Shown here in pieces: positions 7,793-18,711 of a DNA stretch of 64,000 nt. Under the pieces are notes generated by a model. The model did no database searches. It saw nothing but the letters and a program-made list of their open reading frames with translations, and was not told the origin of the DNA. The position numbers were made by a program, and so were the translations under genes. Source of the DNA: Bifidobacterium breve (GTDB taxonomy: Bacteria > Actinomycetota > Acidimicrobiia > Acidimicrobiales > Ilumatobacteraceae); assembly GCA_945893395.1 (NCBI GenBank), contig CAMDEC010000002.1:5564-69563 (forward strand), in the 5' to 3' direction. The number at the start of each line of letters is the position of its first letter. Position 1 is the first letter of the stretch.

Positions 7793-9538
7793 CTACACGC
7801 GAGGCGGATCTACATGAATTACTAGTCGTGACTTCGCAGGTCGTTTTGCTGTCGTCAGAACATCGGTTAACTCTTGCCAATTTCGCGCGCGAACCAAACC
7901 TGACTCTGTGTCTTTTATCACGGTTTGCACAACGGATGAATATTCGAGCGTCTCGCCCAGCGATTCGAGAAATGCCCTGGTGCCCTTGCCTGAAACTTGG
8001 GCGATCGAACCAAACGGGGGAAACTTCAGCATCTGGCGTCGTGCCGAATCGGTCGCAAAATATGCTTTCAGATCTCCGTTCAGCAAACCCTGCAGAAGTT
8101 GATTCTCTGGGGTATGAGTTTGAAAAAGAAGTCGTGGCTCACTTTCTGATCTGCCAACTAGCCGGGCCGCATGCACGATCAACGTCGTAACGATTTCACT
8201 AGCCCGATACCTTGGTGCGAGTAGTTCAGAATCAATATCCAAAAAAACGACCGTGTCTGCAGATTGCACCCGATGTAACACCGCCTCGGTACCGACAAAG
8301 ACACCGCTTCGTTGGTTGACATTTTCTGAGGTTGAGGTCACCTCGACAACCGATCGATTGGCTGCCGCTTCAAGTTCTTCGCGCAACCGACTCACTCCTG
8401 GTTTGACCACTGCACAACTACCAGAACCACAGGATTGGCAGATAACTGGCCGAGATTCGCCACAACGTGGGCAATCAAGATTTGTTTGGTCGCGCTGTAC
8501 GAGGGCCGCATCACATTTTTCACAGCGCAATATGTTGCGGCACGACCCACAAGCGATCAATCGTGCTCGCCCCTTCGTGTTATAGACACAAACAACCTTG
8601 CGAGATTTGTCACGCAACTCTGCGATCAACTCGGAAGAAATCAATGAACGACTCCACTGCTCGTCCTTGTTGCGATCGATCAGCATTATTTTCGGCCACG
8701 GCTTCTGTGCGTCGAACACAACCCGCTCGCCTGCCCAATCGCGAGCCACAAGTGACGGTATCGGTGAAAGCAAGACGCATCGAGCGTCATTTCTCTCGGC
8801 TCGCTCAATTGCCACATCTCGCGCATGCCAACTCGGACTGCGTTCTTCTTGCAACGAGTCATCGTGCTCATCCACGACGATGATGCTCGAGAACTTTTCG
8901 ACTGGTGCCCACACGGCACTTCGAGTTCCGACGACAACATCTACCCCGCCCAATGCCAACGCCCAATCTTGGGGCCATTGCGCAACCGAGAAGTCGTTCG
9001 CTTTTAGCGTTGCGGCCAAAAGTTTGACTCGATTTTGCGATGGCAAGATGACGATTGTCGGCCCGTCGCAGGCAATCGCACTGACTATGGTCGCCAAATT
9101 TGTCAGCGGTGCAACCGTGATCAATCCGCTACCAAATTTTTTCAAAGACTCAACTGCCCCCGAGGCGAACTGCACCGCCCGCGGCATATACAGCGCAGAT
9201 GGAACTTTTGTGATCAGCGTGTCGGGTGCCGCCGTTGAGATAAACGATCGAAGACGACCGACCCAGCGCTTGTTGGCCCAATTCGCAAGATCAACTATTT
9301 CTTGAGTGGCACCCAAACCAAGAACTTTTATCACGCTGCGAATCTTGCTGATCGCCAACCCAACGCTTGGCTCGCCTATTTCAACCACCCACCCCGCGAC
9401 ATTTCGTCCATGCAATGGCACGCGCACACGCACACCAACTTTGACCTGATCTTTGAGAGCCTCTGGCACCAAATAATCAAAAGTCTTGTCAACCCCGGTT
9501 ACGTCGGGCACGACTCGCGCCACCCGAACAAGGGGCAC
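7793..9538 (-). CDS. priA: primosomal protein N' (PriA) family, Walker A motif absent
   Basis: 581 aa, GTG start. N-terminal 3'-DNA-binding domain (RVARVVPDVTGVDKTFDYLVPE), DEHD box (IIVVDEHDD), Cys-rich zinc region (CGSCRNILRCEKCDAALV...CPRCG...CQSCGS). The position where GxGKT is expected reads GSGLITVAPLTNLATIV. Confidence 0.85.
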   Translation of the reverse strand: MPLVRVARVVPDVTGVDKTFDYLVPEALKDQVKVGVRVRVPLHGRNVAGWVVEIGEPSVGLAISKIRSVIKVLGLGATQEIVDLANWANKRWVGRLRSFISTAAPDTLITKVPSALYMPRAVQFASGAVESLKKFGSGLITVAPLTNLATIVSAIACDGPTIVILPSQNRVKLLAATLKANDFSVAQWPQDWALALGGVDVVVGTRSAVWAPVEKFSSIIVVDEHDDSLQEERSPSWHARDVAIERAERNDARCVLLSPIPSLVARDWAGERVVFDAQKPWPKIMLIDRNKDEQWSRSLISSELIAELRDKSRKVVCVYNTKGRARLIACGSCRNILRCEKCDAALVQRDQTNLDCPRCGESRPVICQSCGSGSCAVVKPGVSRLREELEAAANRSVVEVTSTSENVNQRSGVFVGTEAVLHRVQSADTVVFLDIDSELLAPRYRASEIVTTLIVHAARLVGRSESEPRLLFQTHTPENQLLQGLLNGDLKAYFATDSARRQMLKFPPFGSIAQVSGKGTRAFLESLGETLEYSSVVQTVIKDTESGLVRARNWQELTDVLTTAKRPAKSRLVIHVDPPRV

Positions 9539-9549
9539 CGCGGTTTGAA

Positions 9550-10743
9550 TCAGAGTTTGACTGCTGCCTTGAACTCTTTAAGCCGAGACAGTTTCTCCCA
9601 TGTGAAGTTGGGTTCATTGCGACCAAAGTGACCATAGGCGGCGGTCTTTTGATAGATCGGTCGCTTGAGTTCAAGATCGCGCAAAATTGCCGCCGGGCGA
9701 AGGTCGAAAATTTCTCGAACTGCTGTCTCGATCAATGCTTCATCAACCGCGTTCGTTCCGAATGTTTCAACGAAAATACTCACTGGATGAGCCATGCCGA
9801 TGGCGTAGGCCACTTGCAACTCACACCGCTTGGCGGCACCCGATGCCACAACATGCTTGGCGACCCATCGCGCCGCGTAAGCAGCCGAGCGGTCTACTTT
9901 TGTCGGATCTTTGCCGCTGAATGCGCCACCACCGTGTCGGCCCATGCCACCATATGTATCGACAATAATTTTGCGCCCGGTCAGACCTGTGTCGGCGTGC
10001 GGTCCACCTTTTACGAACTCTCCGGTTGGGTTGACATAAACGGCATAGTCGTCTTTTGCGAACTGCGCCGGAATCACCGGGCGAATCACCTGCTCAATTA
10101 GATCAGGGCGAATGACGGTGTCACGATTTATGCCGTCAGCATGTTGGGTCGAAATCAAAACCGTGCGCAATCGCACGGGCACACCATTTTCGTAATCAAA
10201 TGTCACTTGAGTTTTGCCGTCTGGTCGCAAATACGGAATTGCACCAGACTTGCGAACCTCTGCGAGTTTTTCTGCCATGCGGTGCGCCAACCAAATCGGA
10301 AGCGGCATTAGATCGGCAGTCTCTGTGCAGGCATAACCGAACATCATTCCCTGGTCGCCGGCACCCTGGCTGTTCAATTTGTCTTCACCGCTTTTGCCTG
10401 CACGAATCTCTTCGCTGACATCGACACCTTTTGCAATATTCGGACTCTGCTCGTCGATACTGACGATTACTCCGCAGGTGTTGCCGTCAAAACCGTAAAG
10501 CGCATTGTCGTAACCGATGCCCTTGATTACTTCGCGGGCAATTTTTGGAATATCAACGTAGGCACTGGTCGTGATCTCTCCGGCAACCACGCATAGACCC
10601 GTCGTTAGCAAAGTTTCGCAGGCGACTCGGCCGTTCGCATCTTCAGCCAAAATTGCATCAAGCACCGCATCAGAAATCTGATCGGCCATCTTGTCGGGGT
10701 GACCCTCGGTCACACTTTCAGAGGTAAACGAATATTTTTTCAT
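9550..10743 (-). CDS. metK: S-adenosylmethionine synthase
   Basis: 397 aa. [54 protein letters not shown]. Confidence 0.97.
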   Translation of the reverse strand: MKKYSFTSESVTEGHPDKMADQISDAVLDAILAEDANGRVACETLLTTGLCVVAGEITTSAYVDIPKIAREVIKGIGYDNALYGFDGNTCGVIVSIDEQSPNIAKGVDVSEEIRAGKSGEDKLNSQGAGDQGMMFGYACTETADLMPLPIWLAHRMAEKLAEVRKSGAIPYLRPDGKTQVTFDYENGVPVRLRTVLISTQHADGINRDTVIRPDLIEQVIRPVIPAQFAKDDYAVYVNPTGEFVKGGPHADTGLTGRKIIVDTYGGMGRHGGGAFSGKDPTKVDRSAAYAARWVAKHVVASGAAKRCELQVAYAIGMAHPVSIFVETFGTNAVDEALIETAVREIFDLRPAAILRDLELKRPIYQKTAAYGHFGRNEPNFTWEKLSRLKEFKAAVKL

Positions 10744-10756
10744 TGACCGAGACTAC

Positions 10757-11101
10757 TTACTCGGCGGGTTGCTCGGTAGCCGAATCTTGCGTTGCGTCAA
10801 GCTCCGCTTGTCTCTCGGCCGCGGCTACAGCCTCATTCTCGGCGAGCACTTCTTCGATTGTTTTGGCGACAAGTTGAATCTTGCCGCAGGCGATTTCTTC
10901 GAAACTGATCGAGAGTGGCTTGCGCGCCGTCGAACTAACTTGTGGTGGCACCATGTTGCCGAGACCATCGCCGAGTTGGTTGAAATATGAGTTAATCTCG
11001 CGTGCCCTGCGTGCCGAGAGTGTCACTAGTGAAAATTTGGAGCCAGTTTGACCCATCAGCGACTCGATTGCTGGGTTCATCATCGTGTCATCTGTCGTCA
11101 C
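10757..11101 (-). CDS. rpoZ: DNA-directed RNA polymerase subunit omega
   Basis: 114 aa. SKFSLVTLSARRAREINSY core. GTG start with GGAGG SD 5 nt upstream. Sits in the gmk-rpoZ-metK context. Confidence 0.85.
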   Translation of the reverse strand: MTTDDTMMNPAIESLMGQTGSKFSLVTLSARRAREINSYFNQLGDGLGNMVPPQVSSTARKPLSISFEEIACGKIQLVAKTIEEVLAENEAVAAAERQAELDATQDSATEQPAE

Positions 11102-11150
11102 TTTTGCCTCCTGGCATCAATCACAAGACGATCAAATTTGGCTCGGCTTG

Positions 11151-11169
11151 CGGCTATTGAGTATAGCCG
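11151..11169 (-). other. perfect 7-bp stem / 5-nt loop hairpin between gmk and rpoZ
   Basis: cggctat-tgagt-atagccg read directly. Starts 5 nt after the gmk stop. No U-tract follows on the minus transcript. Function unknown. Confidence 0.3.
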
Positions 11170-11174
11170 TATAT

Positions 11175-11744
11175 CTAACTCGTAGTGCGCTGTTTTCGCT
11201 CGTAGGCGATGATCCGACTCATCTCTTCGACCGTTGAGTCAAGGTCATCATTGACGATTACATAATCAGCAATCGCCCTACCCACGGGTTCTTCTTGTTC
11301 GGCTTTGCGCAGGCGTTTTTCGACTTTTTGGTCAGGATCACCGCGACCTCGCAGTCGTGCCTTTTGCTCTTGACGTGATGGCGGCAAGACAAAAAGCAAC
11401 AGCGCCCTGATGTTGATTCGTTTGACTTGTTGTGCCCCATCGACCTCGATTTCGAGAACTGTGTCGCGCCCTTTGGGTGGATTTGGAGTTGGTGTGCCGT
11501 AAAGATTGCCAAGGAAGTCGGTCCACTCCAAAAAACCATCACGAGCGATATTGTCCTCGAAATCTTTGCGGCTGACGAAATTGTACGCATCCAACGCTTC
11601 ACCCTGGCGTCGCTCTCTGGTCGTCCATGAACGACTCAACCAAAGTTGGGCATCACGAGCAACAAGTTTTTCGACGATCGTACTTTTGCCGACACCACCA
11701 GGACCCGAAACCACAACTACAAGTGAGGTGTGGTCGGTGCTCAT
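11175..11744 (-). CDS. gmk: guanylate kinase
   Basis: 189 aa. P-loop VSGPGGVGKST and SRSWTTRERRQGE...YNFVS. Start overlaps mihF stop by 4 nt. Confidence 0.92.
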   Translation of the reverse strand: MSTDHTSLVVVVSGPGGVGKSTIVEKLVARDAQLWLSRSWTTRERRQGEALDAYNFVSRKDFEDNIARDGFLEWTDFLGNLYGTPTPNPPKGRDTVLEIEVDGAQQVKRINIRALLLFVLPPSRQEQKARLRGRGDPDQKVEKRLRKAEQEEPVGRAIADYVIVNDDLDSTVEEMSRIIAYERKQRTTS

Positions 11745-12052
11745 TGTGCGAACTCTTTGATCAACGCCTCACGCTGACGAGATTCGAGACTTGAAAATCG
11801 ACACTTATGAGAGATCTTCAAAGCATCCAACCCGCTTCGGGCGCGCACCTTGCCAATGCTGGCGAACCTTTCTAGAACCTTCAGCACATAAAGTTGATTC
11901 AGTGCCGGGTTGCCATCTGTTTTGAAAATCGAATCAATGCTGAATTTGCCTTCAGAAATTTCGCGGAGAATCTGGTTCATTTGCTGACGCATCGATGCAG
12001 CGCCGGCAATCGCCAAATCGCGAGTAGCCGTACCTTCAGACGTCGTTGCCAT
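11741..12052 (-). CDS. mihF: actinobacterial integration host factor (mIHF)
   Basis: 103 aa. C-terminal half LKVLERFASIGKVRARSGLDALKISHKCRFSSLESRQREALIKEF parallels recalled M. tuberculosis mIHF (VSALLEALPKVGKVKAQEIM...[16 protein letters not shown]). Position upstream of gmk-rpoZ is conserved. Confidence 0.78.
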   Translation of the reverse strand: MATTSEGTATRDLAIAGAASMRQQMNQILREISEGKFSIDSIFKTDGNPALNQLYVLKVLERFASIGKVRARSGLDALKISHKCRFSSLESRQREALIKEFAQ

Positions 12053-12108
12053 TGACCTATTCTAGTTGCGCGAATATTGACTCTTTTTGTGCAAGCGCGT
12101 CCGACGCT

Positions 12109-13038
12109 TCAGAACTTCAATCCGCCCCGGTGAGCAGCCGATGTGATCCCCGACCAGTCTGTGATGCCACGTGCGTCGGCCCACTTGGTTAGTTGTTTCA
12201 AAATCTTGAACGGTGCTTTCGGATTGGCAAATGTAGCGGTGCCCACCTGCACGGCATCGGCGCCAGCAAGCATCAATTCGACCGCCGTCTCGGCTGATGT
12301 CACTCCCCCTGCACCAATTATTTTTAATTCGGGCAAAGCCGCTCGCACGTCGTAAATACATCGAACGGCTATCGGATGAATCGCCGACCCAGATAAGCCC
12401 CCGCGAAGATTGCCCAGAATCGGCAACCCCGTTTCAGTGTCTATCGCCATGCCAATCACCGTATTCACCAGAGTCACTGCCTGAGCGCCTGCCGACCAAA
12501 CTGCGCGTGCGATGTCTACGAGTTGCGAGGTATTCGGACTCAACTTTGCCCACAATGGCAAACCAGAAACTTGACACGCTTCGATCACTTTGGCGCTCAA
12601 GGTTGCATCGTGACTGAACATCGCATGGTCGCCACCCAGGTTCGGACACGAAAGATTCACTTCAATTGCTACAACACGGTCACGCACATCAGCCAAAATT
12701 CTCGCCACCTGAAGATAGTCGTCGATGCTGTGCCCCCAGATGCTGGCAACAACTTTTGCCTGCGCACGTTCTAAAGCGACTAAATCATTTTCGATGAAAC
12801 TTCGTACACCACCACCTTGAAGCCCGACACTATTGAGCATCCCTGAATTTGTCGGATGAAGTCGTGGTGCTGCGTTGCCCGGCCATTCAAAATGCGCAAC
12901 TGATTTGGTGACGACGGCACCAATCTCACGCAACGGAAAGTATGCGTCGAACTCGGCACCATAACCAGCGGTGCCCGACGCCGTCAAGATTGGTTGGGCA
13001 AGTTCGACTGTGCCGATCGAAATCGGGTCGCGTTTCAT
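12109..13038 (-). CDS. pyrD: dihydroorotate dehydrogenase, class 1 (Cys active-site type)
   Basis: Track ORF is 348 aa, but its first 39 codons overlap carB. ATG 13038..13036 ([27 protein letters not shown]) overlaps the carB TAA as TAATG. Class 1 signatures are SGTAGYG, NLSCPN (catalytic Cys) and GGLSG. Confidence 0.86.
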   Translation of the reverse strand: MKRDPISIGTVELAQPILTASGTAGYGAEFDAYFPLREIGAVVTKSVAHFEWPGNAAPRLHPTNSGMLNSVGLQGGGVRSFIENDLVALERAQAKVVASIWGHSIDDYLQVARILADVRDRVVAIEVNLSCPNLGGDHAMFSHDATLSAKVIEACQVSGLPLWAKLSPNTSQLVDIARAVWSAGAQAVTLVNTVIGMAIDTETGLPILGNLRGGLSGSAIHPIAVRCIYDVRAALPELKIIGAGGVTSAETAVELMLAGADAVQVGTATFANPKAPFKILKQLTKWADARGITDWSGITSAAHRGGLKF

Positions 13039-16000
13039 TATCTGGCGTGAAATTCTTGCAGCGACTTGACCGTGAATGGTCGGTTTTGTCGTTCGATCAT
13101 GCCGTGCACCGCCGCGCTTGCGGCACTCAAAGTCGTGACGACAGAAACACGACAATTGTTGGCCGCTTTACGAATTGCTTCTCCATCGCTGCGAGTGCCA
13201 TAACCGCGCGGGGTGTTGATCACAAGAACGATTTCTCCTGCTTCGATTAATTTGACGGCGTCGTCGATATTTTTTTCACCAGTTGACCGCTCCGAGAACT
13301 TGCTGACGATACGAGTCACTTCGCAGCCATGACTTGTCAAATATTTGGCCGTGCCCGAAGTCGCCGCGACTTTCAATCCGAGCGAACTCAAACCTTTGAC
13401 GACTTCGACCCCGCCGCTCTTGTCTCGGTCGTTGAGCGACACGAAGACCAATCCGCTTTCGGGCAGCGTCGTGCCGGCGGCAAACTGGGCCTTGGCGAAT
13501 GCTCTGGCGAATGAATCGTCGATTCCCATGACCTCACCGGTTGAACGCATCTCTGGCCCCAACGCCGTATCAACTTCAGAAAAACGATTGAACGGTAGAA
13601 CTGCTTCTTTGACCGAGACATGCTGGCCCGATACGCGTGCCGACAAAAGACCTTCTTGGCGCAACTGACCCAGTGTCGCCCCCAACATCACCCGACTGGC
13701 GACTTTCACCAATGGCACACCTGTCGCCTTGGCGACGAACGGCACGGTGCGACTAGCACGGGGGTTGGCCTCAATTACATAAACAGACTCTCCAGTCACC
13801 GCAAACTGCACATTGATCAGACCAATCACATCCAGAGCGCTGGCGATCTTGGTGACGGTTGCTTCAATCTCATCGACTATCGACTTGGCCAGAGTTACGG
13901 GTGGAATCGTGCAAGCCGAATCGCCTGAGTGCACCCCTGCTTGTTCAACGTGCTCCATCACGCCGCCAATCAGAACTTCGTTGGTCGAGTCTCTGATTGC
14001 ATCGACATCGACTTCGGTTGCGTCCTCCAAAAATCTGTCGACAAGTACGGGGCGTTCAGCCGACAGTCCACCCTCTCGTCCGAGCGAGCCATCTTTATCC
14101 ATTTCAAGCATCGCTTTTTGCAGATGTTGTTGATCATGCACGATTTGCATCGCTCGCCCACCCAAAACATAACTTGGTCGCACCAAAACTGGATAGCCAA
14201 TTCTGTTGGCAATCTCGATCGCCTGATCTAAATTGCGCGCCGTGCCACCAGGGGGCTGGGTGATCGCCAGCGATTCGCAAAGGGCGCTCCATTTTTCGCG
14301 ATCTTCGGCGACATCGATGCTCCGACTATTGGTGCCAGCAATCAAGTTGCTGGGCAGTCTCGAAGCCAACTTCAGCGGTGTCTGACCACCCAGACCGACG
14401 ATCACTTTTGGTGCGACACCAGAAGATGCCGTCTCTGCCTCGATCACATTCATCACGTCTTCGTGAGTCAACGGCTCGAAATAAAGTTTGTCAGACGTGT
14501 CGTAGTCGGTCGAAACAGTTTCCGGGTTGCAGTTCAGCATTATCGTTTCAAAACCTGCATCTCGCAGGGCAAAACTGGCATGCACGCAGCAATAATCAAA
14601 TTCGATGCCCTGGCCGATTCGGTTTGGGCCACTGCCCAAAATAATTACTGACTCTTTGGTCGTGGCGCGAATCTCGGACTCATCTTCATAGGTCGAATAG
14701 TGATACGGAGTCAAGGCCGAGAACTCGGCGCTACACGTATCCACGGCTTTGTACACGGGACGAACGCCGGCCTGCAACCTCGCCGCACGAACCTGTTGCT
14801 CGCTGGTGTTCCACAGCCATGCCAACTGGGCATCGGCGAAACCCATGCGCTTTGCACGCACCCAATCCGACTTGTTCATCGCAGTCAGCGAAGTTGTCGC
14901 CAGGTGCTCTCGCTCTTCGACAATCGACAGCATTTGATCCACGAACCATGGGTCGAATTTGCACGAATCGGCGACTTCTTCGACCGACATTTTTCGTCGT
15001 AGGCACTCTCCGATCTGAAAAATTCTCTCAGGGGTCGGTATCGCGATCAGATTCAACAACTCTTCGTCTGAAATGGTTTCAAAGATCTGCTCACCCGGGT
15101 CGCAATTGAGTCCGAATCGACCGATCTCCAAAGAACGCAGAGCCTTTTGCAAACTCTCGGCGAATGTTCGGCCGATTGCCATCGCCTCTCCGACGCTCTG
15201 CATTTGCGTGCCAAGCACTCCGGATGTACCGGGAAACTTCTCGAATGCCCATCGCGGTATCTTGACCACGACATAGTCGATTGTCGGTTCAAAACTTGCG
15301 GGTGTTTTTTTGGTGATGTCATTGGATATTTCGTCGAGCGTGTAGCCGACCGCAAGTTTTGCGGCGATCTTGGCAATCGGGAAACCAGTGGCCTTTGAAG
15401 CCAGTGCCGAACTTCGTGAAACTCGCGGGTTCATTTCGATCACAACTTGCTCTCCTGTCGTCGGGTTGACCGCGAACTGCACATTTGATCCGCCAGTTTC
15501 AACACCCACTCGGCGAATGCAGGCAAAAGCGGCGTCCCGCATCTTTTGATATTCGACATCCGAGAGCGTCATTGCTGGCGCAACCGTGATCGAGTCACCG
15601 GTATGCACGCCCATTGCATCGACGTTTTCAATTGAGCAGATGATCACGCAATTGTCATTTCGATCGCGCATCACCTCGAGTTCAAATTCTTTCCAACCGA
15701 CGATTGAAGTTTCAATCAACACTTCAGAAATAGGGCTTGCGGCAAGACCATTTTTAACCACCGACTTGAACTCTTCTGGTGTGTGGGCAATGCCCGTACC
15801 CCGACCACCCAAAATGTAAGCAGGACGAATAATCACGGGCAGACCGATTTCTTTCAAAATCTTTTGCGCTTCGGGCAGCGTATGGGCGATGCCCGACAGC
15901 GGCACACTCAAACCAATTTCAATCATCGCCTGTTTGAATTTGCCACGATCTTCGGCGGTTGCGATGGCCTCGGCATTTGCGCCGATCAGTTCGGGGGTTC

Positions 16001-16334
16001 CTGGCACACCAACTTTGCCTCGTGCGAACAAATCCATTGCCAGATTGAGCGCAGTCTGCCCGCCTAATGTTGGCAACACTGCGTCAGGCTTTTCGCGCTC
16101 GATTATTTTTTCAATGAAGTCAGGAGTTAGCGGCTCGATATAAGTTCGGTCGGCAAAATCAGGGTCGGTCATAATCGTCGCCGGATTTGAATTGGCAAGA
16201 ATCACGCGATAACCCTCTGCCCGCAAGACTCGACACGCCTGGGTACCCGAATAATCGAACTCGCAAGCCTGACCAATCACAATTGGTCCCGATCCCAGAA
16301 CTAAAATTGATTTGATGTCGTTTCGTCTTGGCAT
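13038..16334 (-). CDS. carB: carbamoyl-phosphate synthase large subunit
   Basis: 1098 aa. [26 protein letters not shown], duplicated ATP-grasp halves (second: [20 protein letters not shown]), MGS-like C-terminal domain. Confidence 0.97.
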   Translation of the reverse strand: MPRRNDIKSILVLGSGPIVIGQACEFDYSGTQACRVLRAEGYRVILANSNPATIMTDPDFADRTYIEPLTPDFIEKIIEREKPDAVLPTLGGQTALNLAMDLFARGKVGVPGTPELIGANAEAIATAEDRGKFKQAMIEIGLSVPLSGIAHTLPEAQKILKEIGLPVIIRPAYILGGRGTGIAHTPEEFKSVVKNGLAASPISEVLIETSIVGWKEFELEVMRDRNDNCVIICSIENVDAMGVHTGDSITVAPAMTLSDVEYQKMRDAAFACIRRVGVETGGSNVQFAVNPTTGEQVVIEMNPRVSRSSALASKATGFPIAKIAAKLAVGYTLDEISNDITKKTPASFEPTIDYVVVKIPRWAFEKFPGTSGVLGTQMQSVGEAMAIGRTFAESLQKALRSLEIGRFGLNCDPGEQIFETISDEELLNLIAIPTPERIFQIGECLRRKMSVEEVADSCKFDPWFVDQMLSIVEEREHLATTSLTAMNKSDWVRAKRMGFADAQLAWLWNTSEQQVRAARLQAGVRPVYKAVDTCSAEFSALTPYHYSTYEDESEIRATTKESVIILGSGPNRIGQGIEFDYCCVHASFALRDAGFETIMLNCNPETVSTDYDTSDKLYFEPLTHEDVMNVIEAETASSGVAPKVIVGLGGQTPLKLASRLPSNLIAGTNSRSIDVAEDREKWSALCESLAITQPPGGTARNLDQAIEIANRIGYPVLVRPSYVLGGRAMQIVHDQQHLQKAMLEMDKDGSLGREGGLSAERPVLVDRFLEDATEVDVDAIRDSTNEVLIGGVMEHVEQAGVHSGDSACTIPPVTLAKSIVDEIEATVTKIASALDVIGLINVQFAVTGESVYVIEANPRASRTVPFVAKATGVPLVKVASRVMLGATLGQLRQEGLLSARVSGQHVSVKEAVLPFNRFSEVDTALGPEMRSTGEVMGIDDSFARAFAKAQFAAGTTLPESGLVFVSLNDRDKSGGVEVVKGLSSLGLKVAATSGTAKYLTSHGCEVTRIVSKFSERSTGEKNIDDAVKLIEAGEIVLVINTPRGYGTRSDGEAIRKAANNCRVSVVTTLSAASAAVHGMIERQNRPFTVKSLQEFHAR

Positions 16335-17434
16335 TACTTGGCTTCCATGCGGGCGACGAATTCAGCGAATAAATAACGACTGTCATGCGGGCCTGGTCCG
16401 GCTTCGGGGTGATATTGCACACTGAAGGCGTTCGCCCCAAGCACCTTCATTCCTTCGTTCGTATTGTCATTGAGGTTGACATGCGTGACCTCTGCCTTTG
16501 TCGCCAATGAGTCTGCATCAACGCAAAAATTATGGTTCTGGCTGGTGATCTCGACCGTGTTGGTCGCCAGATTGCGCACGGGGTGATTCGCCCCATGATG
16601 TCCGAAGGGCAACTTAAAAGTTTTGCCACCAAGTGCCAGGGCCATCAGCTGATGACCCAGACAAATGCCGAACATCGCCACGCCGGTACCCAGCAGTCCG
16701 CGAATCGTTGCGGGTGCTCCATGCACCATTTCAGGATCTCCTGGCCCATTTGAGAGAAATATTCCATTCGGCGACAATGCCATCACATCGCTGGCGCTCG
16801 TGGTCGCCGGCACGACATGCACGGTCGCAAACTCACCCAGACAATTCAACATCGTCGTTTTGATCCCGTAGTCGAACGCGACGACCTTCAACTTGCCCGA
16901 ACCGTGAATAAAACTCTTGGTGGTCGTTACTTGGGCGATCAAATTTCTGCCAGCAGTGCCCTTTTCGCTCAGAGCAGCCTTGCGCAACTCAGACTCAGTA
17001 GCAGTGCCGAATGCTCCCGGCATCGCCCCGGATTCGCGCAACACCCGCGTCAATTTGCGAGTGTCGATGCCAGCAATCCCCGAAACTTGGTGTTGCTTTA
17101 AAAATGAATCCAGCGAATCATCACTGCGCCAATTGCTGCGACGACGAGAAAGTTCTCGAACGATCACTCCGCGTGCGAAAACTTTTGCCGACTCGTTGTC
17201 TGTCGCCGCCGTGCCGTAGTTGCCTATATGAGGTGTCGTGAAAGTAATTATCTGACCCGCATACGAAGGATCGGTTAAAATTTCTTGATATCCCGAAAGG
17301 CCCGTGTGAAACACGACTTCACCCCGGGCGATTACCGGCGCTGATAGTTCGGAAGCACCGGCACCTATCGCTTCTCCCTCAAAAACTGTGCCATCTTTTA
17401 GAACGAGTGCCGCTGGTCTTATTTTGCGTGTCAT
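16334..17434 (-). CDS. carA: carbamoyl-phosphate synthase small (glutaminase) subunit
   Basis: 366 aa. Class I GATase nucleophile elbow [16 protein letters not shown] and distal HPE ([13 protein letters not shown]). 1-nt overlap with the carB start. Confidence 0.95.
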   Translation of the reverse strand: MTRKIRPAALVLKDGTVFEGEAIGAGASELSAPVIARGEVVFHTGLSGYQEILTDPSYAGQIITFTTPHIGNYGTAATDNESAKVFARGVIVRELSRRRSNWRSDDSLDSFLKQHQVSGIAGIDTRKLTRVLRESGAMPGAFGTATESELRKAALSEKGTAGRNLIAQVTTTKSFIHGSGKLKVVAFDYGIKTTMLNCLGEFATVHVVPATTSASDVMALSPNGIFLSNGPGDPEMVHGAPATIRGLLGTGVAMFGICLGHQLMALALGGKTFKLPFGHHGANHPVRNLATNTVEITSQNHNFCVDADSLATKAEVTHVNLNDNTNEGMKVLGANAFSVQYHPEAGPGPHDSRYLFAEFVARMEAK

Positions 17435-18711
17435 CTTTGTGCTTGACCGTCAATCACCGTTGGCAAACCGTTGAAAATTGTGTGGCGAACTCTTCCGCGC
17501 AACGTGCGACCCAAATATGGTGTATTCACACTTTTGCTGGCGAGACGATTGATGTCGATGCTCCAAGTTAGTTCAGGATCAAATACGCAAAGGTTGGCTT
17601 TATTGCCCACGGCCACATCGCAGCCATGGGCTTTGTCGATGCGTGCAATTTTTGCCGGGTTCCAACTCATCAACGCAACAATGTCTCGAATCTCGCAAGC
17701 ACCCTCGGCCAGAACCACTCCGAGTGCCGTCTCAAGACCCAACATTCCGGGTGGTGCCATATCTAGAGACATTTCTTTATCTCGACGCGGGTGCGGCGCG
17801 TGATCGGTTGCAATCGCATCGATCGTGCCGTCCAGCAGACCGGCTTTCAACGCCTGAATATCGCTAGTCGAACGCAACGGTGGATTCACTTTGAACACCG
17901 GATTGTACGAGCTGAGCAGTTCTTCGGTCAGCGACAAGTGATGCGGCGTAACTTCGGCAGTTATCGGCAAACCGTCTCGTTTACCCGCCCGCACCAACTC
18001 GACGCTGCGCTTTGTGGAAAGATGCAAAAAGTGCATCGACGCACCCGTGATTCGCACTAGTTCGATATCGCGAAAGACCATCAACTCTTCGGCGATTGCC
18101 GGCCAACCAGGCAAACCCAAATCGGTGCAACATCGACACTCATTCATCACCGCGCCTTTGGTTAGTTCGGCGACTTCACAATGTTGGGCCAGTGTCACTC
18201 CAAGACCCTTGGCGTATTCGAGGGCGCGACGCATCAACGCAGCATCTTGAACTCCGTTTCCGTCGTCGGTAAACAAAGTCACTCCCGCCTGAGCCAACTC
18301 GGCCATCGGCGCGAGCGATTCGCCGTGACGTCCAAGTGTGATGCATCCACTCGGCACAACATCGACTAGGCCCGCACGCTTGCCTTGCTCGCGCACGAAG
18401 TCGATCACGGCGACCGAATCTTGTGGCGGATCAGTGTTCGGCATCGCCACTAGCGCCGTATACCCGCCTAGTGCGCCGGCACGACTGCCAGTCTCAATTG
18501 TCTCTGCTTCTTCTTTGCCTGGTTCACGCAAGTGCGCATGTAGATCAACAAAACCGCTACTAACGATGCAACCTGATGCGTCCAGCAGAGTGTCGCCTTT
18601 GAGATTTTTACCGACTTCGGCAACAAAACCATTTTCTATTTTCACATCGGCCACGAGTTGCGACGTGCGATTGATGATCGTTGCATTCTTGATCACAATC
18701 GAGTCGCTCAT
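17431..18711 (-). CDS. pyrC: dihydroorotase
   Basis: 426 aa. Amidohydrolase metal ligands DLHAHLREPG and ATDHAPH. 4-nt overlaps on both sides. Confidence 0.92.
   Translation of the reverse strand: MSDSIVIKNATIINRTSQLVADVKIENGFVAEVGKNLKGDTLLDASGCIVSSGFVDLHAHLREPGKEEAETIETGSRAGALGGYTALVAMPNTDPPQDSVAVIDFVREQGKRAGLVDVVPSGCITLGRHGESLAPMAELAQAGVTLFTDDGNGVQDAALMRRALEYAKGLGVTLAQHCEVAELTKGAVMNECRCCTDLGLPGWPAIAEELMVFRDIELVRITGASMHFLHLSTKRSVELVRAGKRDGLPITAEVTPHHLSLTEELLSSYNPVFKVNPPLRSTSDIQALKAGLLDGTIDAIATDHAPHPRRDKEMSLDMAPPGMLGLETALGVVLAEGACEIRDIVALMSWNPAKIARIDKAHGCDVAVGNKANLCVFDPELTWSIDINRLASKSVNTPYLGRTLRGRVRHTIFNGLPTVIDGQAQR

Noticed and set aside
7546-8190. 214-aa plus-strand ORF crossing the def-priA gap
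   Set aside because: Antisense to def and priA. No similarity recognised and no SD.
12091-12107. Hairpin AAGCGCG-UCCGA-CGCUU after the pyrD stop as a terminator
   Set aside because: On the minus transcript it is followed by an A-rich tract, not a U-rich one. mihF follows 56 nt later in the same orientation.
13039-13155. 39-codon N-terminal extension of pyrD in the ORF track
   Set aside because: It lies wholly inside the carB 3' end, is Cys/Arg-rich and is unlike DHODH N-termini. ATG 13038 gives a canonical N-terminus and a TAATG coupling overlap.
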